A stretch of DNA of 63,143 nt, the filler included, from Reticulomyxa filosa (taxonomy: Eukaryota; Protista; Foraminifera): NCBI GenBank assembly GCA_000512085.1. It is 15 parts of 15 records of this genome, joined end to end, with 100 filler letters (N's around TTAATTAATTAA, not from the genome) between each part and the next. Parts side by side here need not be neighbours in the genome. Positions count along the whole stretch, not along the records: positions 38,965 to 41,304 come from ASPP01001424.1; positions 41,405 to 47,461 come from ASPP01019729.1; positions 47,562 to 52,305 come from ASPP01018827.1; 12 more parts are not named here. One strand, written 5' to 3'. The notes under the pieces are model-generated. The model was not told the origin of the DNA and ran no database searches. It saw only the letters and a list, made by a program, of their open reading frames with translations. Position numbers and translations under genes: made by a program. Position 1 is the stretch's first letter, and every line of letters begins with the position of its first letter. Below, piece by piece: positions 38,865-50,082 of this stretch.

Positions 38865-39453
38865 NNNNNNNNNNNNNNNNNNNNNNNNNNNNNNNNNNNN
38901 NNNNNNNNTTAATTAATTAANNNNNNNNNNNNNNNNNNNNNNNNNNNNNNNNNNNNNNNNNNNNCCATTGCATTGTTTTGCATAATAGACATTGCAGGCG
39001 TATTAATTAGCTTTGTTTATTCGAAGTTTCTACTTAATCTTTGTTGTAACAGTCTTCAAGCAACAAGATTGTTAACATACTAACTCTATTTTTTTTTTAT
39101 GAAAGTGGAGTAAAAATTTTTATTGTAATTTCAACTCTTTTTTGAGGCATTTGATAAAGTTTTGTTATTGATAAAGAGTAAAAGTGATGAATAAACATTT
39201 TTTATAGCTGTATTTTCAAAACACAGGAATCGACAAGATAATGTACAAATATTTGAAAAGCATCATAATCAAAAAAAGAAGTGAAGAACTTGAGTAATTA
39301 ATTGAAAACTAAAATAATCTCATTCGAACAAAAAATATTTGCTGCTTTGCAAATAAAACAATTAATAGTCTTATCCCAAAAAAAAAAGAAAGTGTATGAA
39401 GTTGTAGATGAAATAATATGGACATATATTTAATGAATTATCCTTGTGGTAAA

Positions 39454-40570
39454 TCAAAAAACTTTATTACTTTTATTCATCTCCAAACACGAAATTAAAT
39501 CGCTGCATCCATAATATAAATTAACATCAGTTGTTTTTTTCTTTCTTTTCAAAGATACAAATTTAAAACATGTCATTTCATCATTTCCTTCGATCACATA
39601 CGATTCATTCTTATTCGATCGAATATCCCAAAAACGAATTGTACTTACTTTTGAATAACTACCAGCTTTAATATTATTTACTATAAAGAGTGAATATTCA
39701 ACATATGTCACAAAATATTTATGTTCATTGAACAATTGAATTTGTTGACCAGATCGAATATCACACAAACGAACACTGCTATCCCATGATCCAGATAATA
39801 TTGTATTTATTAATTCATTTGATCTTTTTTTTGTACATATCGCACTATTGTATGTCCTTTAAATCGTCAATTGTTTAGTTGTCTCAATATCTCATATTCG
39901 AATGGTTTGATCAAATGATCTAGAACAAATGGTATATCCATTTCCACAAATTACACCAATTTTATTACTTTTATTATTATTGCTTTGTAATGGTGAAATA
40001 TCCACACATTCAGCACAATCTTTATGTTCATTGAAAACATGTAATGATTTGTACTTGTAATTTTTTATCTTTGATATCCCAGAAATAAATTATATCGTCA
40101 CTTGAGAAAAACAATTAATGCATGTCTAATATGTTCAGTGAATATTTTGAGTAATTTGGTGGACGAATGAAACTTGTTGCCTGTGTGAATAGTAATTATG
40201 ATTATAACAGAGAGTAAATGTTTTAACATTGCAATTGATATTAAATAATAGAATAAAATAAAGTACATAACATAATTGACAACGAGCTTGTCAAAATCAT
40301 AAACTCATCCCATTTTAATCGTTAATGTTCGAATTCAATGCTAAATAATTATTTAAATTCCTTTTTTGGAAATTAAAAAACATTTAAATTGTGACATCTT
40401 AATTTAAAACAAATTTTTATGTTGATAAAAAAAAATAACTTTAATTTTTTCAAAAGGATCCCCCTCCTTAAAACAAAAGCTAAACAACATGGATAATCGA
40501 AACACGACATCCTTTCAAACTTTGAAGACTTTGGCCACTCCACTTTATCAAAACACGAACTCCTCATTTA
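39454..40570 (-). pseudogene. Decayed WD40-repeat gene
   Basis: Fragments ILSGSWDSSVRLCDIRSGQQIQLFNEH and TIRFWDIRSNK, plus an N-terminal YDFDKLVVNY remnant; many stops and shifts. Confidence 0.8.
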
Positions 40571-41499
40571 TAGCTGTTGGAACAAGAGAGCTTGTGATCT
40601 GTGAGTATCCACACGATATTACATTGATGAATCTTTACTAATAAAGAAACAAGCATCAATGATGAAATACGTTAGTGTTTTGGAGTAATAACAATACAAT
40701 AATGACAATAATAATGTTAATGACAATGAAATGACCAAATAAATACATTTCAATTTATTAAACATGAAATATCATTTCATTGCTTTGTATTGATGTCAAA
40801 AAATGAACAAGTACAAGAAATGATGAAAACAAATAAAGAAAGAAATAAAAAAAATTGTAAAATGATATTATTTTGTGAACAGCAATGAATTAAATTATTT
40901 CAGGTTAATTTATTTAATGCATTAACAAGTTTTTGTGAACTCTCCATCTGTTGATGTATCAACTTTTTTACTTTTAATCCCTTGCTGCAATTGAACCTTT
41001 AAATTATTTGTTGAACACAGTTAAATAAGAAAATAAGAGTATTTGAATAAGAGCAAATGTGTTTGTAATTATTTTGACTTTAACAGCAAATGTCTGATAT
41101 ACTTTTCATTTTAAAAAAATTAAATTCGCTCAACACAAAACTTCCCCAGTTAAAAAACTCAAAAAAAAAACTTTAATCTTCATCTACATAAAGAAAACAA
41201 GCAAAAAAAAAGTCTAAAGAAAAGAAACTGAGTAAGATGGAAGAGGAAAAAAGCAAAGAGAGTACGAAGACTACTCTAAAGTTAGTTCCGCAACAGAAGG
41301 CTTANNNNNNNNNNNNNNNNNNNNNNNNNNNNNNNNNNNNNNNNNNNNTTAATTAATTAANNNNNNNNNNNNNNNNNNNNNNNNNNNNNNNNNNNNNNNN
41401 NNNNAAAAAAAAAAAAAATAAATAAATAAATTATATATATATATATATTTATACATACATATATGTACATATACATATATGTGTATATATTTGAAAATC

Positions 41500-43768
41500 C
41501 GAAATTTGTGCAATAGGACAACCCGCACGAAGAAAAGACAGATAGAAAAGAAAACGCTTGCACAAAGGACACCACGCATGTTGCAAAGACGCAGACTGCT
41601 TTCGCCATTGCTGACTGTGGTCCTCTCGACAACAATTGCATCGTCATCGAACAACACGATATCAATACAGCAGGTTCTTTTTTAAAAGGATAAGTTGTTT
41701 TGTTTTGATATCTGTATTTGTAATTTTGAATATATGTATAGTGCAACAAGAAGACATGTCAAGTGGACCAGAGAAGACTACAACAGAAAGAGATGAGATC
41801 AACATAAATGGAAGAGGAATCACAACACCAAAAAAATTGCGTGTGGACAATTCGATGATGTGCTGTCTTCACAATGGCGATGAGAACAAAGACATGGAAG
41901 AGTCGATTGATAAAGAAAATAACCCCCCTCGTTTTGATTTCCATTCCGACTGTGTGGCAATGGCAATGGAGGAAAGCGGAAGATGCGATGTCGATAAGGA
42001 CTGTAAAATGGACGAGGTTGATCATGCAGCACTCACAACGGCTTCCGTGCAATCAAACGACTCACAAAAGTCCACGGATAATCAATCATTGTCCTCTCTT
42101 TCTATTGTTATCCCTCACATATTGCGTAGTGAGCATTCAACTGCATTTCAAGATGATTTTGTCATCGCGAAAGTTACCATTTTATTGCTTTTTTTTAAAA
42201 AAAAAAAAAAAAAAAAAAAGTGTTTGTAATGTGCATCAAAACGTATCACATGTTGTAATGTTTGTGATAGACTGTGACATTGGAACAATATCGCCAGGAG
42301 TAACAGATGACGTCACAAAAGACGATACTTTTGACTCCATAAATGTCACGGCGAGTGAGTCCGTGGTGACACATAATTGTGGCAATTCTGAAGAGCAAAC
42401 ACCTGTTGCTGCAGACATCATTGCCGATCAACTGTCACAAAGTGCAAACAGTTTTGTGTTGATCCTGTGTTCCAAAAAAAAAAAAAAAAAAGAAGAAGAG
42501 CAAGAGTAATTATATTTCTTTGATTCCGTATCTATGCATATATACATATACATATATATGTATATATATGTATATTGCAATTATATTTGACCCACTCAAA
42601 AAAAAAAAAAGAGGATATGATGGAATGCGATAATGGGCTAACAGCCAAAGGAAAGGTAGAGTCGATCCCTCCCTCTAGTGATAACACAAAAGACAATCAA
42701 AAATCGAGTTCTAAAATACTGCCATGTCCGGATGGATCACAAGGTTTGGCTTTGGCTTTCCGTTTCTTTGTGTTGAATTGCAAACATTAACAAAACAAAA
42801 TAATTATTAAAATAAAAAATAAAAAAAAGGAAAGCACGTAATGCACACAGCAACAAAGAATAATACAAAAAAGCCATCTTCTCCGTTCACAAGTCAGCTC
42901 AGCAAAAAAGTTGAAGAACTGACACATACACACAGAAAGAATGATATACGTGCATGCATATAGTTTGATATGTTTTACGCACAAATTGTTGTTTATGAAA
43001 ATTTCAGAAAATATCAGGCAGTGAGAAATTGAGCTCCGGCAAGTTGAAGCTTTTCGACAGAGATTGGGCAACGCCGACAGTGAACCAAAATTTGAGTATA
43101 GGCAGAAGAAGCAACAGCAGTCGCTGGAGCAACAAAAGCTCTACGCCGTTGGAACGCGTAGACACGCCTGTGATCCAAAAAAGCCACAAAAAATACTTTC
43201 GTCCAAGTCTTTGCAATGGGTCATTACCGTCAATCGGAGAAGATGGAACCACTGTTCCAGCCTCATTATCGCCAATTGCACAACGCAAACAAGACGCTAG
43301 TGTCAAAAATAACTTGCAGTTCACATTTTCTTTTTTTGTATTTTTTGCTGTTTTTGACATTTACCCCTTTTCTTTTTCATCTCAAAGCTATCTTGTGTTT
43401 TCATAGGCCTACCCCACAATCTAAAAAAAAACTTGTTCTCGAAAGCAGAAAGATTGATTACTCACATATCAAGTCTAAAACAGACAGTGGTTTAAGGAAA
43501 TTGCCTGAAACAAAACAATTAAAGCCTCAAGAAACGCAATCTCTTGTTTCCAGTAACAATCATACTCAATCTCGGCTTTCCTCTACTAAGTTAGTTGTTT
43601 GTCTTTATTATTCAAAATCTCAAGAATCAAAACACTTATTTTAAAAAAATAAAAGACGGCCTATCAAAAGGGCATTTGGTTCCATTACGGACAAAGAGCT
43701 AACAAACAACATTGACGAACGCAAACGAAGAAGAGTCGAAGAACAAAAAAATCTGACTAACCTTTGAT
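41500..43768 (+). CDS. Multi-exon low-complexity hypothetical protein with a tau-like C-terminal motif (5' truncated)
   Basis: Ser/Thr/Asp-rich coding blocks separated by GT-AG introns; KIDYSHIKSKTDS near 43449-43487. Confidence 0.6.
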
Positions 43769-44197
43769 AGTGTGGTGGGAATGGGTGTTTTTTGTTTACA
43801 CTTCTGTATCATTTTTTTTAAGTTTAACAATTATTAACCTTATTTAACAATTTGAAATCGTCTTCAAAAATTTTCTCGAAACTAATGTACAACCTCACAC
43901 CCTATATCTTCCACCTCTAAAATTTAGTCAAAGACTGTTACCGAAAACCTGCAAAAGGTTGTAAATTAGCTTGGAACAGAAGCAGCAAATGAAAAAGAAG
44001 TTTTTAAGAACAGTTAATAGTCGGATATTTTCGTAAAAAATGTTCACAAATACCAGTTGAAATTTTTTTTTGCTTTTCCGCGTTGAACTTTAGCAACGCA
44101 AATAGATTCAGGAAAAAAAAATTACAAACCACAAATCCCCGAACAATTTTTTTTCCAAAACCACCCCTTTTTCAAGGAAAAAGGAAAACCGAGGGTT

Positions 44198-45019
44198 TTA
44201 TTTTACTTTGGACGATTCAACCCACCCTTTTGGGAAGCAGTCCACATCCCACACTTTTTCACATTTTTTCATTATTTCCTTCAACGTTGACTCATTATAG
44301 CATCCGTCTTGATACGTTTTGGCTAATTCAGCGTATTTTTTTTCATCAACTCCCTTCAGATCATCCATAAATTTTTCAAAAATTTCTAAATAGGCGTCAC
44401 TGCTGTGCAAAAATACTCCCAACACGTTCGGACCTTCAGGTTCTAATTTTAAAAACAACCATCATAATTTGCCACCAATCAAAAATAAAAACATAAAATC
44501 CGAACCCCGAAACATGCAAGTGCAAAAAACCTCTTTTCCCCAAACAATTTAAATGCACTCTAAAAAGTCCGATTTTTTTTTAAGATAGTCAACAAAAAAA
44601 AAACAAATACCGCTGTTTGCTTTTGAGTTATCAATTGGTGGCAGATACAATGGCACGTGAACTTCCAAATCTGAAGCTCTTGATTTCTTTTTCTTTGGAT
44701 TTCGCTTTGCTTTTTTTTTTGGCTGTGCGTCAATTTCTCCTCGAAGGCGTTGGAAGAGCACATCTTTTTTTGCGGGACTGAAATCCAAGCCGCGCATTTT
44801 CAACTCTGCCTTCAGTTGATTCGCTGTCAATTCATCTTTCAACTCTATTTCAATATCTTTTGTTTTCAACAGTTCTTCAATTTTTTCACGTTTGGTTGGA
44901 AGATCTTTCTTTGTCACTCCTCTTGATTGCAGTAATACTCGCATATCTAATTGGGTCAATCTTTTCAAGTCAATATCGGACCAAGCCAATGTTTCTGGTT
45001 TCTTTCTTTTGTTCGACAT
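44198..45019 (-). CDS. Protein with two SAP-like DNA-binding domains, 2 exons (45019-44611, 44442-44198)
   Basis: LKRLTQLDMRVLLQSRGV..KREKIEELL and LTANQLKAELKMRGL..KKDVLFQRL; basic NLS-like stretch; splice phases match. Confidence 0.8.
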
Positions 45020-45705
45020 GTTTCTATTTTTTTATTTTATGGTGAGCATTGCAGTTTTTCCATTTTCTTGGCACATGCTAAAAAAGCACGAAACCTCTAA
45101 AGCTACATAAAACGCAAAGTACTGAAACATACTTTGAGGTTAAGATTTGTATTAAATTTAAACACTGGAAACAACAAAAGTTTTAAAACTGTTTATAAAG
45201 TTTGAACAAAGCTTTTCAGTGAAAGAGTTTTTTCTTGAGTAGAACAAAGAAAGGACCCTTGTTACTACAAACTCTCGTACAAACTTTTTCAAGTACTTAA
45301 CAAACAGTAGACAATAAGACATTATTTTGATATCTTTGTCAAGAAGTCATGAATGTACCATAATAAGAAACAATTAAAAGAGATCACTTGTCAAATAAGA
45401 AAGTCAATAATTTCGAGTTTCAAATGAGTTTGTAATATTTGTATTTGTTTTTTTAATGTTTTTAAGCCTTGGCGTTCAAGTTTAGCTGAAATTAAAGATT
45501 AAGTTTTAATACTGAAGAGTGTTTTAAAAATGTGTAGTGCAATGTTGACATTTACGTATACTAAAAAGATATAGTCAAATTTGCAAAAGTTACTTGATTC
45601 AAGTGGTTTGCAAAATGGTTTCTGTCCCCTCGACAATTGTTTCACAAGAAGGAAATAATATAGCAAAGGGGGAGGGGGGGGGGGAATATGGAAAAATTCT
45701 GAATC

Positions 45706-47439
45706 ATGTCAATGCCGTCGTTGAAACGAAAGTTGAATGACTTATCAAAAGAAACAATTGAAATATTGAGTGATACAGAGGATGAGATCTCAAAACCAGA
45801 AGAAAAAAAGATTGAAGAAAATAGTAGTTGTCTTCGTCCAAAAAAAAGGATAAGAGTAGCGGACGCAGAAACGAAACCGTCAAAGAAGAGAGAAGAGCAA
45901 AGGGTGTGCGACCAACAGGAGCGAGCAAAAGTGATATCTCCAGAATTGGCATTCAAAGTAACAGACAGCACAGCAAATTTAGAAGATTTTGAGTGTCCAG
46001 TGTGTTGCCGAATCCTTTGCGATAAAATCTATCAATGTTTTGAAGGGCATTTATTATGTGAAGAATGCCACGAAACAATGACTAAATGCCCGCAATGCAG
46101 CAAGCCATTACCAAATGCAGCGGACAATCCCAACGCAACGAATCCAAGAAAGCAAAGCGAAACAGCAAGCCAAAAAGGATATGGCATCCGCAATCGCGCA
46201 TTGGAGCAATTGTTTCGTAAAAAGTTCTGTTGCACTTCAACGACGAAAGAGGACCAATGCAATGACGACTTAGGAAAGACATCAACATCACAATTGGAGT
46301 TACAAGAGACCAGAGATATTTCCCAACGATGCATTTTCCAGACGTTTGGATGTCCCTTCATAACGTGTCCGAAAGATGGCAGTCACGATGCCGCCCTCGC
46401 GCATATTCGCAACTGTCATTACCGTCCGTGCAAGTGTTTCCTGTATGCCACGTGTTCGTGGATTGGGACGTGGAATGAGTTTCCTCAGCATTGCGTAAAA
46501 GATCATCATGTCCGAGAAATGTCTTGTTTATCTCCGTTATCTCCTTCTTCTTCTTCTTCTTCTTCTATTGCTAACGCTGTTCCATGTGCTAATGGGAAGC
46601 AATACGAATTCGATTATTCCCTTCAGTTTCCCGATTGGTTTGTCGAGCAGGTGATTCAAAGACTATCTACTTTGGATCTCAATCATGTAATGCTCACCAC
46701 AACACCTAAACAGCAACAGCAACAGCAACAGCAGGATCAAGCCAATGACGCGAGAAGTGCGGACGACGAAACCAAAGATTTACTTTGGCTGAGAATGTTT
46801 GAATTTGCTGACGGTGAAAAATTTTTGGTGTTTCTATGGACGAATGAAATGGAATTGGCAGTATGCGTGCGAAGTCTGACGCTGCAGGCGATTCCCGAAG
46901 AGGAAACCGACTTTGTGATAAAGATCCTTGAGCCGTTCATTGTTCGAAATGAGTCGCAGTTGAAACGCGTGTGGATGAGGTTACGATCGTCGTTCCATGG
47001 CGATCTTGGCGGCAATGAAGAGACTTGCCAGCAATACCATCGCTTGTTCATGGACCAGTTGCTCATGCTGTTGAAACACTTTGGTAAAAAGGAGAGACAT
47101 GCTGAGTGGCTGCAGAATCGAAGAGATGGAACTTGCTTGGTTCAGTTGAAATCTAGTTGCAACGGGTCGTTGGCTCCCTCTTTTCTTCTCCCTCGTTTCA
47201 TGCATCTCATGCCGAGGCTTGTCTGGCCAAGTAGTTTGTATCCTGTTAATATTGGGCTGGACTGCGAAAAACGAAATTCCGAGCTGTGCACAATTCCCAT
47301 TGGGGTCGTTTGCAAGTTTTGGAGTTTGTCTCAAGGGCTTGTCAACCAAAGTTCGGACCAGGCTTCTGCACGTCTTCTTCATACTCAAACTGCTGTTTTG
47401 AACGTACATTTTCAAATTAGTGTGCAACGTAAGACTTAA
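45706..47439 (+). CDS. SINA/Siah-family E3 ubiquitin ligase (intronless)
   Basis: RING FECPVC..IYQCFEGHLLCEEC..KCPQC, IRNRALE, two SIAH-type zinc fingers (GC..H...CHYRP; C..CSWIG..HCVKDH). Confidence 0.88.
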   Translation: MSMPSLKRKLNDLSKETIEILSDTEDEISKPEEKKIEENSSCLRPKKRIRVADAETKPSKKREEQRVCDQQERAKVISPELAFKVTDSTANLEDFECPVCCRILCDKIYQCFEGHLLCEECHETMTKCPQCSKPLPNAADNPNATNPRKQSETASQKGYGIRNRALEQLFRKKFCCTSTTKEDQCNDDLGKTSTSQLELQETRDISQRCIFQTFGCPFITCPKDGSHDAALAHIRNCHYRPCKCFLYATCSWIGTWNEFPQHCVKDHHVREMSCLSPLSPSSSSSSSIANAVPCANGKQYEFDYSLQFPDWFVEQVIQRLSTLDLNHVMLTTTPKQQQQQQQQDQANDARSADDETKDLLWLRMFEFADGEKFLVFLWTNEMELAVCVRSLTLQAIPEEETDFVIKILEPFIVRNESQLKRVWMRLRSSFHGDLGGNEETCQQYHRLFMDQLLMLLKHFGKKERHAEWLQNRRDGTCLVQLKSSCNGSLAPSFLLPRFMHLMPRLVWPSSLYPVNIGLDCEKRNSELCTIPIGVVCKFWSLSQGLVNQSSDQASARLLHTQTAVLNVHFQISVQRKT

Positions 47440-48599
47440 CATTATCGTTGTTTTTTTTTTTNNNNNNNNNNNNNNNNNNNNNNNNNNNNNNNNNNNNNNN
47501 NNNNNTTAATTAATTAANNNNNNNNNNNNNNNNNNNNNNNNNNNNNNNNNNNNNNNNNNNNCTTTTTGGTCGTTGTAAGATTTTGTGTGTCTTTCTTTTA
47601 TTTTTGTGTTTCTTTTTTGAGTACTGTGTTCTATTCCTTAGAACGAGGGCTCTTTTAACTAGAAAGACCTGAGTTTGTGCAGGTAGAGAGTGCAAAAAGA
47701 AGTGCAAGTTGATGATGAAGCGATATAGTAGTCCGACGCTTGACACGCCCACTTAAACCCATCAAAAAAAAAAGGTATCGATTCGCTGCATGAAGGCAAT
47801 ACAAAGAATTTATTCACACAATTTAAAGCATCGAACACCAATAAGATTTATATTATTCCAGTATTTGTGAATAAGGAGACCAATTCAGTGGCAAGATCAG
47901 ATTCGAATAAAGCATTTCTGTTGACAAAGACATTTACAGAACCACCTCAGCCTCCAAAAGATGTTGATGAAAAACATTATGTAAAATGAAAACTTCACCT
48001 CTTCTTGTCTTCGTCGAAATTTAAGATGATGAAGTTGGGAAATAACATTGACTTTGTCATAAGCAGTCTGGTTCATTACACCAAGAATTCTACACATTGC
48101 AATACAACTTGATTCTTTTCTTTCTTTGCAGTTTTATCAGTTAATCCGTCATCTGTCGTTTTTCGTTTTATGGCTATTCGCCTTGTGTCATTTGCGTCGA
48201 CGTCCATATCATTGATCGACGTCATTTTGGATTGTCTTGATTTGTTTCTAGTGTCAGTCATATCAATACTATATCCAATTCCATTTCCAATGCCATGATA
48301 GTTCACTAGTGGCTGACATGTTCGAAAGTGTAGTTAACATGGATTCTTGATCCAATTCCATGTGGAGTATTTTGTCCCTGGCTTGCAGTATATCCGATTA
48401 TGGTAAAAACACCTTACCTCTGCTGTCCGGATCAGTCCTTGTTATCAGCTAGTGTGTTTCGGTTTTGCCCGAAGTTCAGTAGAAGTTACCCGACCATCGT
48501 AGTTCTACCAAACAGAAAAAACCGGGTATTTGCCTCGATATTGCCAATTTCTCAAAGGTGTCAAACACTCTTACGGTAAGCAGATTCGACCTTCTCCAG

Positions 48600-49650
48600 C
48601 AAGCAATATATTTGTATTCCAGAATAATATCAACTAATTTTATTCTAATTCTCAACATTATAACAAAACTTGCATCATAAGCAGTACGATCTCTGTTTAT
48701 TGAAATAATGATTCAGATAAAAGAAAGAACAACATATGTTATAATTTCAGTATCTTTATGTTTATCACTAAATTGAAACAGTAAGATCTGGAGTTTTGTT
48801 TTTGTATAGAATAGATAATTGTCCAATAATCCAATGATCTGTACAATGACTTGTCTTCATTTGGTATAGAACACCTGTCCATTCATCTTTAGTTATAAAA
48901 TATTTTTAAATATCCAAGCTAGCATATCTGTCTAGGACTCTCCACCAAATAATAAGATAATATCGATCAATTATTCTAATGATTTTGCAAACACTAACAT
49001 TTGAGAATTGTAATGCGTTGCTATGCCATTGTATTCGATTAATAATCATGTGCTTTTACAAAACAATGATCATATATATCATTTGTTGGTAATTTATCGT
49101 TATGTATAAACTTTATGTTTTTAGACTGAATACACTATTGCTGTTAGTACGATAAGTAATAAATAACTAATGATTATTTCTTCTACCAATTATTGCACGA
49201 ATTCCCAAAATTATATCCTTTTTTCCCTATTATGATTTTCCATTAATTGCTGTCTTGTTTTATTTTCAAAATCACTTACAGAATCAATAAAATTTTCACA
49301 ATCACATTTACATTATCACTTTTATATCACTGTCATTTTCATTTTTATCATCCCAAACACTTAAATATTTCATCACTAATTTATGATGTTTCAGAAATCC
49401 ACCAATATATAATAAAGTTATTTCATTTATATTTTTGTTGTTATTATCAATAAGTTTTACCACACAATGACCAACCGATGAAGTGTTTTTTTGATATGAA
49501 CATATATGCTTGTATTTATTTTTGATTGTATGTTACGATTAACAATAGTCGTCAAAGATAATTTCGTCTTTGTATGCCACACATTGAACAAAATAGCATC
49601 GATCAGATAAATTTTTCAAAATTTCAAAGGGATTACCAAACGTGTGTAGG
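48600..49650 (-). pseudogene. Decayed Kelch-repeat gene
   Basis: Minus-strand remnants QCVAYKDEII, HTIKNKYKHICSY, GHCVVKLIDN, EITLLYIGG, VMKYLSVW, GIRAIIG..N.LFITY, HCFVK, with many stops. Confidence 0.7.
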
Positions 49651-50082
49651 ACAAGTCCCTACTATAAATACTTGAACGTAAATGGAACTGAAGAATCCCC
49701 AGTATGCTAAACTTTCTTCACAACTTACTTCTTTCTCCTTTGTTTCTTTCCTTTCATTTCTTCTCAATTTACATTTTACTTATTTAATTTGATTTCGTTT
49801 CACGGAATTTACACTTTCTTTAAGTAGCAAACCTCTCGTATTACAGGTAGTGTGGACTGTTAGAAGCAGACGTCCCACATCGTGGACTTTTTAAAAATTA
49901 AAATTATCATAATTAAAAGAAATTTCAGTTTTTTTCTGTATACTGTATGGTACACTATTTTTGTACTATGCAAATGAATATTGAGAGATAGTGTTAACAG
50001 TGACATCGACTTAAAAAAAAAGGTAAATGTATCAGTTTTAATTTTTATTTCAAGGAAAGACTTGAAAAAAAGAATGACTTAT

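Noticed and set aside
47562-48600. Retroelement remnant
   Set aside because: Coding-like composition, but no RT, gag knuckle, endonuclease or integrase motif could be read
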